A stretch of 62,474 nucleotides of DNA, the filler included, from Nemertoderma westbladi (taxonomy: Eukaryota > Animalia > Xenacoelomorpha): the NCBI GenBank assembly GCA_032718475.1. It is 4 parts of 4 records of this genome, joined end to end, with 100 filler letters (N's around TTAATTAATTAA, not from the genome) between each part and the next. Parts side by side here need not be neighbours in the genome. Positions count along the whole stretch, not along the records: positions 21,785 to 42,870 come from JAUCBJ010007865.1; positions 42,971 to 53,499 come from JAUCBJ010007992.1; 2 more parts are not named here. One strand, given 5' to 3'. Position 1 is the stretch's first letter. Each line of letters begins with the position of its first letter. Positions 36,680 through 50,700 of this stretch are shown one piece after another. Below the pieces are notes generated by a model that did no database searches, was not told where the DNA came from, and saw only the letters and a list, made by a program, of their open reading frames with translations. The position numbers and the translations under genes were made by a program.

Positions 36680-38530
36680 AACATGCGTGAAATCGCGCAA
36701 AGCTCCACGTCTACTGACGCAAGAACTGTTGATTCCTTTACAAAGGTCCGCGTCTACTAACGCATGAACTTGTCTCCTTTACAAAGGTCCGCGTCTACTA
36801 ACGCATAAACTGTTGTCTCCTATACAAAGGTACGCGTCTACTAACGCATGAACTGTCTCATTTACAAAGGTCCGCGTCTACTAATGCATGAACTGTCTCA
36901 GTCTCCTTTACAAAGGTCCGCGTCTACTAACGCATGAACTGTCTCCTTTACAAAGGTCCCCGTCTCCTAACGCATGAACTGTGTCCTTTACAAAGGTCCA
37001 TGTCGGCTAACCCATGAACCTTCTCCTTTACAAAGCTCTGTATCTACTAACGCATGAACTGTGTCCTTTACAAAGGTCCATGTCGGCTAACCCATGAACC
37101 TTCTCCTTTACAAAGCTCTGTATCTACTAACGCATGAACTGTCTCCTTTACAAAGGTCCCCGTCTCCTAACGCATGAACTGTGTCCTTTACAAAGGTCCA
37201 TGTCGGCTAACCCATGAACCTTCTCCTTTACAAAGCTCTGTATCTACTAACGCATGAACTGTGTCCTTTACAAAGGTCCATGTCGGCTAACCCATGAACC
37301 TTCTCCTTTACAAAGCTCTGTATCTACTAACGTATGAACTGTCTCCTTTACAAAGGTCCGCGTCTACTAACGCATGAACTGTGTCCTTTACAAAGGTCCG
37401 CGTCTGCTAACGCATGAACTGTCTCCTTTACAAAGGTCCGCGTCTACTAACGCATGAACTGTCTCCTTTACAAAGGTCCATGTCTGCTAACGCATGAACT
37501 GTGTCCTTTACAAAGGTCCACGTCTCCTAACGCATGAACTGTGTCCTTTACAAAGGTCCGCGTCTACTAACGCATGAACTGTCTCCTTTACAAAGGTCCA
37601 TGTCTGCTAACGCATGAACTGTGTCCTTTACAAAGGTCCACGTCTCCTAAAGCATGAACTGTGTCCTTTACAAAGGTCCATGTCGGCTAACCCATGAACC
37701 TTCTCCTTTACAAAGCTCTGTGTCTACTAACGCATGAACTGTCTCCTTTACAAAGGTCCGCGTCTGCTAACGCATGAACTGTCTCCTTTACAAAGGTCCG
37801 CGTCTACTAACGCATGAACTGTCTCCTTTACAAAGGTCCATGTCTGCTAACGCATGAACTGTGTCCTTTACAAAGGTCCACGTCTCCTAACGCATGAACT
37901 GTGTCCTTTACAAAGGTCCACGTCTCCTAAAGCATGAACTGTGTCCTTTACAAAGGTCCATGTCGGCTAACCCATGAACCTTCTCCTTTACAAAGCTCTG
38001 TGTCTACTAACGCATGAACTGTCTCCTTTACAAAGCTCTGTGTCTACTAACGCATGAACTGTCTCCTTTACAAAGGTCCGCGTCTGCTAACGCATGAACT
38101 GTCTCCTTTACAAAGGTCCGCGTCTGCTAACGCATGAACTGTCTCCTTTACAAAGGTCCGCGTCTACTAACGCATGAACTGTCTCCTTTACAAAGGTCCA
38201 TGTCTGCTAACCCATGAACTGTCTCCTTTACAAAGGTCCGCGTCTACTAACGCATGAACTGTCTCCTTTACAAAGGTCCGCGTCTGCTAACGCATGAACT
38301 GTGTCCTTTACAAAGGTCCACGTCTGCTAACGCATGAACTGTCTCCTTTACAAAGGTCCGCGTCTGCTAACGTATGAACTGTCTCCTTTACAAAGGTCCG
38401 CGTCTGCTAACGTATGAACTGTCTCCTTTACAAAGGTCCGCGTCTACTAATGCATGAACTACAATAGTCCGCGTCTTCTAATGCAGGAACTCTCTCAGTC
38501 TCCTTTACAAAGGTGCATCTACTAACGTAT
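36680..38530. repeat. 40-bp satellite, about 45 copies, with higher-order variants
   Basis: Unit GTCTCCTTTACAAAGGTCCGCGTCTACTAACGCATGAACT; continues at 38815-38876 and 40504-40722. Confidence 0.97.
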
Positions 38531-38807
38531 AAGTAAAGTAAAGTAAATTTTCTTCGGCCGCTAGGCCAGGGATTACGCACAAAGTCTGACGACTTATTTC
38601 CAGTGCGGTCCCCCCAGAACTTTACTCCCCAGAGGAAACTCCAGTACTCATTTAGCTACCACTTAAGGATGCAAGGCAGAGATGCGCCCTGGCTGGTCCC
38701 TTTAAAGCATTCGTGCCGAAACGAAAACTGCCCTGGCCCATGTGAGGATCGAACCCACGACCTACAGGAGATGTGAATTCAATGCAACCACTACACCAAG
38801 GTGGAAC
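38531..38807 (-). mobile_element. tRNA-derived SINE, copy 3, inserted in the satellite
   Basis: Reverse complement of the 5893 copy, with (GTAAA)n at 38531. Confidence 0.92.
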
Positions 38808-38876
38808 GTAAACGTTACAAAGGTCTGCGTCTGCTAACGCATGAACTGTGTCCTTTACAAAGGTCTGCGTCTGCTA

Positions 38877-40503
38877 TAGTAGACATGTACCGAACAACAA
38901 GAGTCCCACAAGAAATGAAAACAAATAAGTTGGTGCCAGTTCCCAAGAAGGGCAACCTAACACTCTATGGTTCTTTTCAGGGAATCTCATTGATCTCGAT
39001 TGCTGCAAAGCTATACAATAGGATTTTATTAAATCGCATCATGGATCCCATTGAAAGACTGCTCCGTGGAAATCAGAATGGGTTCCGTAAAGGTCGTGGG
39101 ACCATGGAGCCCATTTTGGCACTTAGAAGGATAATTGAAGAGTTATCAAAAAAGAAAGACAGGCATCTGGCTGTTATCTTTGTTGACTTCTTCAAGGCCT
39201 TTGATTCAGTCTCTCGCTCACGTATGTTCAGCATACTTTCATTATATGGGATTCCTGATGAAATTATTGCAGCAATCAGATCAGTATACGATGGTTCGAC
39301 AACATTTGTGTCTACTGTTGACGGTGACACAGAACCATTTGAAGTGTTATGGGGCGTCCTCCAAGGAGACACACTTGCACCATTCTTGTTCATTGTTGTG
39401 GTTGACTATGTTCTACGCATGTCCTTAGATCATTATAATGATGATGGGGTGATGATAACTCCACCTACTGGCTCCAGAAGTCGAGGAAATCCTGCCAAGT
39501 ACCTAACTGATCTAGACTTTGCTGATGACTTAGGAGTACTCTCCGAATCATTAGAGGGAGCCCAACGGCTCCTCAGCTCATTAGAACATGCTGCTTCTAG
39601 TGTTGGTCTTTTTATTAACTCCAGAAAGACCAAAATTCTGACAGTTAACTTTGAAAGTCCTCAGCAAGTCTCTGATCGGATGAGCATAAGCTCAAAGGAT
39701 GGTATGCTTGAGCATGTGGACGACTTCTGTTACCTGGGATCATGGATCCGGAAGTCAGGTGAGGACCTTCGAATACGTAAGGGAAAGGCATGGGCAGCCT
39801 TGAATAGGCTTTCCAGGATTTGGAAGTCACCGAGAATTAATCGGAAACTTAAGGTCCGATTATTTAGAGCAGCAGTAGTTCCAGTACTCCTCTACGTGAG
39901 TCCATGCTGGGCTCTAACTGCTGAGGACACCAAATCTCTGGATGGCACATTCACAAGAATGCTACGCCGGGTTCATTGTGTCAAGTACAATGCACACATC
40001 TCCAACCAGACACTATATAACATTGGAGGTGTCTCATTGGTTCCCCCAAGCTTGACACTAGAACAAAATCGCCTCCGCTTTGCAGGACATTGCTTTCGCC
40101 GTGAGGACCAGCCAGTGCATAATCTTGTACTTTGGCAGCGTCAAGTACAATGCACACATCTCCAACCAGACACTATATAACATTGGAGGTGTCTCATTGG
40201 TTCCCCCAAGCTTGACACTAGAACAAAATCGCCTCCGCTTTGCAGGACATTGCTTTCGCCGTGAGGACCAGCCAGTGCATAATCTTGTACTTTGGCAGCC
40301 TCATGGAGTGAATAAGCATATGGTGGACAGCCCATGACTTTCTTGAGACGCATCTTAAAGGACACTGGCCTTAAAGATGCGGATGATCTAGCAAATGTCA
40401 TGGGTAATAGGGAGTTGTGGCGGTGCAATTTTGTTGACAAGCCGGCACAGCATTCTTAAAAATGCAGCTGCAATGCAGCATGCCGATCCTAGTAGTAGTA
40501 GTA
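38877..40503 (+). mobile_element. RTE-clade LINE, 5'-truncated, RT frame open, inserted in the satellite
   Basis: QNGFRKGRGT, VDFFKAFDSV, GVLQGDTLAP, DFADD; (TAG)n tail; 10-bp TSD GCGTCTGCTA at 38867-38876 and 40504-40513; 160-bp internal tandem duplication. Confidence 0.95.
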
Positions 40504-40722
40504 GCGTCTGCTAACGCATGAACTGTATCCTTTACAAAGGTCCGCGTCTACTAAACGCATCAACTGTCTCCTTTATAAGGTCCGCGTCTTCTAATGCATG
40601 AACTGTCTCAGTCTCCTTACAAAGGTCCGCGTCTACTAACGCATGAACTGTGTCCTTTACAAAGGTCCGCACTGCTAACGAATCAACTGTCTCCTTTACA
40701 AAGGTCCGCGTCTACTAACGCA
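40504..40722. repeat. Distal part of the 40-bp satellite
   Basis: About 5 diverged units after the RTE tail. Confidence 0.9.
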
Positions 40723-40974
40723 TTTCTGGACTTTATCGTAGAGACAGGAAAGTACCCCCCCCCCCCCCCCCACACACACTAATCTGTTCTCGTAATGTTA
40801 AAAACTACACTACTATTAGCTGATTAGTAGTATACACAACTGGACTGTTGGTGATTGTTGCTATGTATATCGGTTCAGTATGTAGGCCCCTTTATTAGGC
40901 CTATAGGAGTTCTAAGCTGACCTAATGTCGTGACAACGACAAACTGACAAAGAACTGCCGGTAGTCCTAGCAAC

Positions 40975-42870
40975 ATGGAATTTGCCACGAGTCAGATGTA
41001 CGTGGACTCGTTGGTGGAAGTGGACGACATAACCCACCTTTCGCAATCGTTGGAGAAGATTAAAAACGCTGTGATCGGCAACAATAAACAGAAACACAAC
41101 CTAATCATGTTGGGGGTTGTTCCACGACTAATGAAACTACTCCTGGACTTTAGAGAGAACACGCGTCTATGTTCGGACGCCGTGATCGTGCTGACTAGCT
41201 TAGCTAAAGGTACCGATATCAACGTTAAAACCCTCATAGACTGCGGGGTAGTCTCACTTCTATTCGAGGGTCTTTCCAACTCAGACACATACTTTATCGA
41301 GTCGTGTTTGCAATGTTTACGGGTCATCTTCACCAGCGCGGTGTCCCCCGTAGATAAACTGTACAGCGACCCGTCTCTACTGAACTCCTTGGTCGGCATT
41401 ATGGGCCGGTCCGCAGTGACCCAGGAATGCGTGGCGTGTATCGTGGCGCATTGCTGCTGGACTGCCGACCACCAAGAAGCCGTAATGAGGACTGACATCC
41501 TAGAAATCTTACTTCCTCTAATCGTATCCCCTTTATTCAAAGTTTATCTACCCGCGTTGAAGTGTTTATCCGTGTTGTCGTTTCGCAACCCCGTTGTCGC
41601 AGATCGCATTGCCAAGGCGACCCACGAGGCCAATCCCGTTCCGGATCTAGTGAGTAGGTTGATGCATTGGGATCGGCCTTACCCCGCCCAGCTCTGGGCC
41701 TCCAAGTGCATCGCCTATCTGCACCGAGCCGACGCTCTAGAGAGCTCCGACTACCTCGTCGAGTATATGACTCTTCCTACATTGGTGCGACTTTGCGACA
41801 AGGGTAGGGACGTTGAGGTACGCGTAGAAGCTGCTGATACGTTAGCCTATCTAATAGAATTAGACGTAGAGTTGCAGAAGATAGCCAGTGTTACTGATCA
41901 TCTTGTAGAGAAGCTAAGCGGATACTTCCTACTTCCGTTCAACACAGCGGATAACGAGGCGGTTAATCTCCCCAAGTTCTGCGAGTTAACAGCTGCTGGC
42001 GAGCTGAGAGCCGCCGCCTTCAAGACGTACAGTTCGTTGGCGGCCAACGACGAGGTCATTAGGAAGAAGGTCGCGGAGACGGATGGACTAATGGACCACG
42101 CAATGTGCGCCCTCGAGGATTCCCGGGTCCGTCTGTCTGCCTGTCGGTGTCTCCTCAGTCTATCCCGGTCGGTGCGTCTTCTGCGCACTAGTTTCCATGA
42201 CTACCCAGTCTATAAACCCCTCATAGCAATCCTAGATGACTCATCCTGCGACGACGATATAGTGTCAGTTGTTGTGGCAACGCTATCGAACCTCGTTCTA
42301 GAATTCTCGCCTTCAGCGGAATCTCTATTGGAATCGGGTATTGTGAAAAAGTTTTCTAAATATTTAGATTCCTCGAACTACAGTCTCGTTGTCAACTCAG
42401 TTTGGGGTCTTATGAACTTAGCGTTCGGTGCGGAACTCAGAGTAAAGACGGAAATTCTGGAATCTGTAGGTCTCGAGCGAATCTCGCAGTTACTTCGGGA
42501 CAATTCCGCGGAAGTTGTTACTAAAACTCTGGGGTTGTTGAGGAATGTGTTCAGTGGAGGTGCCGATATAGACGTGTTGTTATCGACGTACGGGGATGGC
42601 TTGATCGCCGGAGTTCACTGGTTGTTGGATGCGGATGGATCGAGTCGACTTGTAGTCCACTGTTTGTGTCTGTTGGGTAACATCGCCGACGGAGGTGAGG
42701 TTGCGAAACAGAGGATAACATCCGAACAGGAGCTTATGAGACAGCTGGTGGATAGACTGCACAACGGTGACACTGAAGTGCAGATCGCAGCAGTCAATGT
42801 CGTACTCAATCTGTTACGGTTGGACGATCAGGGTAGCCCCGAAAGACAACACAAACTAATAGGGTTGGGG
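40975..42870 (+). CDS. ARMC8: Armadillo repeat-containing protein 8 (CTLH/GID complex subunit), single exon as far as visible, 3'-truncated by contig end
   Basis: KNAVIGNNKQK.NLI.LG.VPRL, LTSLAKGT, LPTLVRLC, ADTLAYLIE.D.ELQ.IAS, SLSRSV.LLRTSF.D, NL.LEFSPS, KTLGLLRN. Confidence 0.93.
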
Positions 42871-42970
42871 NNNNNNNNNNNNNNNNNNNNNNNNNNNNNN
42901 NNNNNNNNNNNNNNTTAATTAATTAANNNNNNNNNNNNNNNNNNNNNNNNNNNNNNNNNNNNNNNNNNNN
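42871..42970. other. Artificial contig linker
   Basis: N44-TTAATTAATTAA-N44. Confidence 0.98.
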
Positions 42971-45299
42971 GAGAGCGTTTTTGTGGCTCCTTGTACAGAG
43001 AATTTCCGAGAAATGACGCAATGCCTATGTGCAGTGCTTACATTCAGTCTTGAGCCAAAGAAAGAACGGCTTGGAAGTATTTTTTGTGCTGTACTGCTTT
43101 TTAGTCGTACACTAGTAGGTTTAATTATAAAGGGCATATATCCTTTAACTGCATACTGATGACTGATGTCTGCATACTGCAGTACTGCATACACTGCATA
43201 CTGTGTAACATTGTGCATACTTTTATATTGTTATACTGCTATTTACCGTCAGTTCTTCATAATATGGTTGATGAATTATTATATTTGGAATAACGATAAA
43301 TCACCCCGCAACCCAATATTCTTGATATACCGAAGGTAAGAGAGAAAGGTTACCAATAACGATTGTGACTTATGTTAAAGTGGTTTGAAGTGAATCTAAT
43401 GTTATTTGATAGACCCTACATGAGTCAGCCTGTGTTCCTTTTATATGTGACTAAAATCAGTGAAGATTGGCAGATTAGTGTGCAGTATTGTGCAGCATAG
43501 TGTATGAGTGAGTCTGTTAAAGAAGCAATTCCTAAAGAATGCGCCATATATGTGGATTATAATTAAGCCATATCGTTGCGAGTAGTTTAAGTCATAACTC
43601 TGTTTATGTAGATAAAGCGCCACGTCCTAAAAGGAACTGTTAATATTACCGAAGGTGAATAATATTGTCAGAGATTATATAATACTGTCAGTCGAATAAT
43701 ACATTAGGCTTACATAGCAATAAAAATTAAACCGTCGAACCCAATCTCCCGGGAATTTCCAGCGGGTGAATGGTCGCGCACGGATTGGTTTCGACTAGTG
43801 TAGTGAATCAAATACTTGTCATAGACTAAAAAGCAGATTTATTATCTAGAAGACATTCTAATTTGGCGGGTTAAACTGCCAAAGGTCTGAAAGCGCGAAC
43901 AGTGCGCAATGCATATGGTCAGAGCGACCGCCCAGTCTGCCAAAATCTATTATGTAATCAAATGGTACCACAAGCCAAGCAAAGCATGTGACAGTTTTAT
44001 CCGACTCTGCACCTGTTTGTTTGAAGGTCGCCGACCATGGGTCGCTACTCACTAGCTGTGATTGATAGTTTAAACTGGGTGCCGCTTTGCCAGAAGGCGG
44101 TACACATCAATTGAATATGAGGCAAACATTTAAAATATGCTCAAATATAAACGCCAGCGGCAGGGGATATTTTAATATCTCTATTAAGCTAAAACAACAC
44201 AAGATTGTAGCCGTTCTATCGTGCTTGAAAGTCGAAAGCCTTTCTTAGTTTTTAAGAAGGAATTCTCGCGCTCTCGTCAACATAGTTATCATATTAATTA
44301 AACAGTAAAGGTAGTACGGTTTGACCTGAGGTGACTAATGAAATGAATAACAAATGTTATTACAAGCTTTCTCCCAAGGCTTCTTTAGGTCATTATAATG
44401 AAACTGCGTATACACAGAGATACTACAGTGCAGTTTCTCTTATATTAATTGTTAATCTGATATTGTATTATGTTATTAAAATATTCAATCTTGTTAAGCA
44501 TTAATCTTGTTTCACAAATTATGTTTCATGTATTATTTGAATGAATGTTTTTTAGAAAGACTTTAGGGAGCCGTAAATTCAATTTTACTTGCAACCGAAA
44601 ACCCATCCTGTAATGACCTCAGGAACCTCAATTTGATAAATTAATGGGAATATAGCTTCTATGCAACAACTGGCCAACCAACACACAAGTATCACTTTGT
44701 TGCCCGCATAATATTGTTCCCCGAGAATGCCTCTGCCTCTCAGTTAACTTACCACGAGCTGTCAATCAGGAATCCCTCTGAGTTTATTTTCTCAAAGAAT
44801 TAAAAGTGCCGCAAACTACCTCAAAGTGACATTTCTCAAAGAATTCAAAGTGCCTAAAAGCAGGAAATCACTTTGAGATTCCCAACTAAAAGTGTCTACA
44901 AGAATTCAAAGCGGCCGTTGGGAGTAATGTAGGGCCTAATGACTTTTAGACACTTTTAGAAAAACTTTGAGAAAATCTCAAAGAACAGATGCACTTTGAG
45001 ACCCCGACTGTAGTACAGTATAGTATAATTATACAAATACAATAACTGCCAAGCTCATTGTCTATACCTGCAGACGGGAACTGTACTGTAAAAGTAGGGG
45101 CAATAGTCTCTGCAATAGATATTCTAGTACCACTTACCAGTACCTACTGCAGTGCAGTACCAGTTACCAGCCTGACCTGTTGCCAGCTAAAGACTAACAA
45201 TTACTGAATTACTGATACGCGTTTGGTCAGTTGCTGCTGGAACTTGTTATTTAATATTTACAGATTTACATCATACAGTCATAAATTGCTATATTTTGA

Positions 45300-45415
45300 C
45301 CGATGTGGCTCCGATGTGGCCCCGATGTGGTCCGATGTGGCCCCGATGTGGTCCGATGTGGTCCGATTTGGTCCGATGTGGTACCGCTACCGATTGGGTC
45401 CGACTGTCCGATGTC
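45300..45415. repeat. 10-bp tandem repeat (CCGATGTGGT)n
   Basis: About 8-10 imperfect copies. Confidence 0.85.
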
Positions 45416-46904
45416 AGGATGTGGCTTTTAATGACTGGGGGGACGGTGTAAGGCAGTAAGTGTAAGGGAAGGTATGTAGGCCTATTGGATAACAATGGAC
45501 CCTGGTGCCTGGATGGCACCGGTACCCTGGATGGAGTGCCAGGTGGAGTGTATTGTGTATTGGGTGGACATGGACAAGGCAGGGCTTGGCACGCCCGCCA
45601 CGACTAAGGAGGTTTGGATTGGGACAATGAGTCATAGGCCTACTGGCCTATGGTCATATGGCCATATGGGATTGGCCTATTGCCTATTGGATAATATTCT
45701 GAGAAGAATATTTTAGTGAATATTTCTGGCTGTCTGGGATGAATATTGCGTCGAATATTTCTGAGATGAATATTACGACTGGATAAGGACAGACTGACAG
45801 AAGGAAGGGGGAATAATTATATTGTAGGCCTACCGTAATTATCAGATTATTTCGTTTTTAAAATCAGGCTGTCAGGGTCCCGCCCGAGGAAGTGTATTTT
45901 ATATGTTTGCCTATCTACAGATCTATGGCTGTCCGCTGTATGGTGTATGGAGGCACGAAAAATCGATTACACAGTTGTCTGGTTGTAGCCAGAAGGAATG
46001 GGGATTTCCGGTTTGGGGGCACTCGCACTGGAACGTTAAAAAACGCATGTGTCTAAAACACTTGTCTGGTGGGAAAACACTTACTGACAGACTGACTTAG
46101 GCCCTATAAAATTTTTCTCATACAGTCATATTCATTTCTACATTGTCTAGGCCTATACCGGTCTGCCGGTATACAGGTATATGACTGTATGAAAAGACTC
46201 TGATATTTTTCTCAAATTTCCCGGCAGCCCGGTTTCCTCGGGAAAATACCGGGAAAAAATACGGGAAATCTTTTCACAAGCTTTAGTCAGTTAGTCTATT
46301 CAATTTTTTTTTTCGAATATTCATTACCGGTACCAGTAGGGCCTACTGCATTGTACAGTTGTACCGCTAGGGCCTATGCGCTATGTATGAAAAGACTATG
46401 ATATTTTTCTCAAATTTCCTGGTCTTCTCGGGGAAATAGCTGAATAGCGGGAAAAAATACAGGCAGACAGGAAAAATTTTCCCAAAAATTTTTAAAGATT
46501 TTAGATAGGATACCTGCCCAAATACCGGACAACCCAATCTCCAACTGTCCAACCAAAAAGTGCCTATTTGCACCTGTTAGATGGCGCTGGGCACTCAATC
46601 AGTCAATGTTAAGATTTTATTTTGATGTAGGATAATGTCCTGTAGCCTACTGTTAGAATCATCTTTTGATTGGAGGAAACTATGGTTGAGCTACAATAAA
46701 GGAAAATTCGGAATTCTGTCCGGAATTGGGGTATCTTACCCTAGGCCAAAACATGGCACATGGTTTTCTCAATCAATATTTCTATTACCGGTACGTACCT
46801 GCAACCTGTATTATTCATAACCGCATAATCTGAATGTAATAATAGAAATACCGGTACGAGTATTAAACAATACAAAGGATGCAAATTAAATTCACCATTT
46901 GTTT

Positions 46905-47140
46905 TTAGGGAAAGGATCAGATTACATAGGCAGGCTATTCTAACCAAAACAATAAACGGCCAATTTACCAATTGTGTTAAAGGAGCAGGCTGCAGAGGCG
47001 GGCTTTTCTAACCAAAACAATAAACGTTCACTTTACTAAACCCCAAGACAATACACAGCCACTTTACCAATTGAGGGAAAGGAGCAGGTTACATAGGAGG
47101 GGTTTTCTAACCAAAACAATAAACGATCGCTTTACTAAAA
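46905..47140. repeat. Diverged copies of the ~68-bp minisatellite also found at 60360-60890
   Basis: TTCTAACCAAAACAATAAACG and GGAAAGGAGCAGGTTACA motifs. Confidence 0.8.
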
Positions 47141-47795
47141 AATGTTAATGGAAAAAATTTTAATATTTTAAAGCATTTAATAAAAAGGTGACGTATATAT
47201 ATATATAAATACATATATAAGTGTTTTAAGGGACGGTTAGACGGTCCCCAAAGTACGGTAACAATACCCGCAGTAGTTATTACAGTACTGGTACTGCAGA
47301 CAACATGAGTCTGTCAGTCTGTGGTCTGAGTCTGAGACTACATCTAACAGTCTAATGGAAGCTGTTGTTAGGTTGTGTTTATAGTTTATACATCTGTACA
47401 CCAATACTGGTGAACCGATACAATAAATAACAGTTGACAGTAATACTGCAGTTTGTTAAAAATTCAGTGCCCCTGAAACCGGAAAGAGCCGAAGGAACCA
47501 AGTGATTTGGTGTCATTTTGGTTGTGATTTGGGACTTGGGTGTTTCGACTATATTTCAAGGATGGTTATTGCAGTATTGTCTAATTAGACCTTTTGATAT
47601 ATGTACAGTGTCAGTACATACAGTACCGTTGGCCTATATATTATATTATTTCTGTACCAGTATTTATTTTTTTTATTCCAATTCCAAGAATTGCCATTGT
47701 GTAACAGGTATATATGTGATGATGGGGAATAGGCCCTATTTCAAGCAATTGCCTCAACATTCAATCATCTATGATGGCAGTACCAGTACTTTGCT

Positions 47796-50700
47796 ATGAA
47801 TGAGGTTGTAAATTATGTTAAAGAGCTTTTTATTTTGAGAGGTTTACCTGGTAGTGGGAAATCCCATCTAGCCAGTACTATTATATTGGAAGACAATAGA
47901 GTTGGAGGAGTAATCTACTCTACAGATGATTATTTTGTAGACAACCAAGGTTGTTATAGATTTGATGGTCATTTTCTTCAGGATGCCCATGAGTCCTGTC
48001 GACAGAAAACAATTCTGGCTTTGAGTCGTGGTGTGACACCTATTGTAGTTGATAATACAAACACTCAGACATGGGAAATGAAACCGTATGTGATGGCTGG
48101 AATTCAATTCAATTACAACATAGTTATTTTGGAACCTCAGACTTATTGGAAGTTTAATATTCGTGAGTTGAGCATTCGCAATTGCCATGGTGTTAGTTCA
48201 AGCAGCCTAAAACGTATCAAAGCGCGTTGGCAGTCTGATAATGTTGTACAAAATTGGTTAAAATCGATGCTAACTAATTTCCAACTTAACGCATCTGCTA
48301 ATGTTATTATTACTGATACACCCGAAACAATAGTGGATAAAACACAAAGTAGTGACAGTACTCTTGAACCAACCATGACAGGAGATACCAGAGAATATAA
48401 TGTGTCTGGAAATGAGCAAGGTATTGTATGTGTAGAATCTGATAATAAACTTGGTTTCTCTTCATCTTCAACCAATACTCCACAACCTAAATCTGAAATT
48501 CAAGATTGTGATAATTCCAATGTAGATTGGCTGGATGCTAAGTATGCTGAAACCTTAGTAACACATATTGATTCCTGTGAAACAACATTACCTACGCAAA
48601 ATAAGCAAATTGGAAGTTCACAGAACTTTTCTCCATCCAAGAAGCCCCGTAAACTTCCCTCTAATCTCAGACGTCATGGTCGCGAGTCCTTTGCCCTGGC
48701 AATAAATCTGAAAGAAGGAAAATCTTGGGAGATTCCACCTTTTCCCATTAATAATGGAAATAATTCAACTTCCAATGGGAATGAGGTAACTGGTATTCCA
48801 ACCCCAGTATGCAATGTTGAAGAAACTTGTGATGATTTTGAACATTACAGCATCAGTTCCAATATTAATATGGAGTCTTTAGATAAATCAGAGGCAATTT
48901 TAAACCAATCTAATTCTAACCAACAATCAGATGCATCTAAAACAATTGATGGAACCATTGTAGCAACTCTTAGTGGAACTGGTATGGATTTTGCACCCTC
49001 AAAAAATGCTTGCAATGGGGAATATGCCACCAGGTATTTAGATGAGGCCAAGTTTTTCGATTGCAAAGAAATCGAGGAAGCTACGAATGATGATATAGAT
49101 GAATTCCTCAACAGCACAGAATCTTGTAATCCTACCCTATTATCTAATTATAACAGCCACAATTATATGGATAATTATAAAACTTGCAGCGATCTCTCTA
49201 AAGGTCAGAAAGATGAGAGAAATGTAGAGTTTCTGTTGAGTTGTTTTCCAGAGGTTAGTGAGACAGATCTAGTTCATCTGTTGGATCAGTGTGGGGGAGA
49301 CACCAACTGGGCAGCAGAAGTGCTGGCTGATGACTACAGTCGTCTTGCTCTGTCAACTGTAGATGATGGTGGCGGACCTAAACACCAAGTTATTAAGAGA
49401 GATAATGTACCCAAATCCTCTGATGTTATGTTGGAACAATCTGAATCTTTAGATAAATTTATATTGTATCCTCAGGAGACGAATTCATTGTCTTGTAGAA
49501 AAAAATTTGATAAGAATGACTGGGAAAACGATTTCGTACCAGTATTGTGTTCTAACATGGAAACCAATAATGTTGCTAACATAAGTGAGAATCTCTCAGG
49601 TACTAGTGAAGGTTTAGAAACTGGTGTTCTATGGCAACCAGGAGGATGCAGTGTAGAACCTAGTAGTCAAGATATAGACAGTAAGCAAGACCCAGTTGCT
49701 GATATGCAAAGGAGACTATGTAGCCAATCTGATATCTCTGTAGGACTACCTAAATTGCAACTTTCTAAGGAATTTGTAAAGATGTTGACACTAAAGTTTG
49801 ATTGTGAGTGGCTTAATGAGAAACTGGAGGATTGTACCATTGAACTTGATGATGATGTTTGCTTGGGGCTTCTTCGCTGTCTGACAAATCAACACAACCG
49901 TCATCAAACAGTATCGACAAATCACAATTATTCGTCAATAGAGAATTCTATTGATAATTTTCCTTCTTTACTTGATGGCAATGCTTCCTGCATTTCTTCC
50001 TTGCCCTCAAACATTCCAAATGCCCAGGATAATATTCCTGTGTTTACTCTAGAGGAATATATTGAGTCTGGTTTGCATTCCGTTATATCCATAACTGCAG
50101 CTTCATCGGTACTACTAGCAACCAAAATTAAACTCGACAAACTCTGCGAAATGTTTCCCCAAATTGACAAACAAGTCCTGAATGGTCTGCTCTATGTGAA
50201 TGGCGATTCATTGGAGCAAACTATAGTAGCAACAGGGCGAAAGGTTTCTATTTCAAAACCGACTGCTGCAGAACATCTTAAAGTTGCCCCAAATGAGTTG
50301 ATACCGATAAATAAAGAACCTTTAAAAATGTTGGAGTTTATTCCAAACAATAAGTCAATACCTGGTTTATACCAACAATTTCGCTTCGAAGCAACCCACC
50401 AGAATAAACTTCGCAAGGAGTATTTTAGTCGTGCCGCTGCGGCATATCAATGTAAACATTATGATATCGCTCAATATTATGCTCAACAAGGACATTATCA
50501 TACTTCTCGTATGCTGGACGCTAATGAGAAAGCTGCAGCTAACATTGTTCAGTACAACAAACGGAGTCGATTAAAGGGTGATAACATATTGGATCTTCAT
50601 ATGCTGCATACGAAGGAGGCAATTACGTATTTACAAAAACGTTTGAATGACTTGAGAGTTGGTCAACATTTGGGTGTTATTACTGGATGGGGTGCTGGGA

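Noticed and set aside
38801-38876. N-terminus of the 459-aa RT ORF
   Set aside because: Chance read-through from SINE and satellite sequence upstream of the 5' truncation point at 38877
39980-40299. DGR template/variable repeat pair beside an RT
   Set aside because: Copies are identical with no adenine-specific differences, and lie within the LINE ORF itself
36680-40722. CRISPR array or retron/RT-associated repeat system
   Set aside because: 40-bp head-to-tail satellite without spacers; the RT is an RTE LINE with tail and TSD
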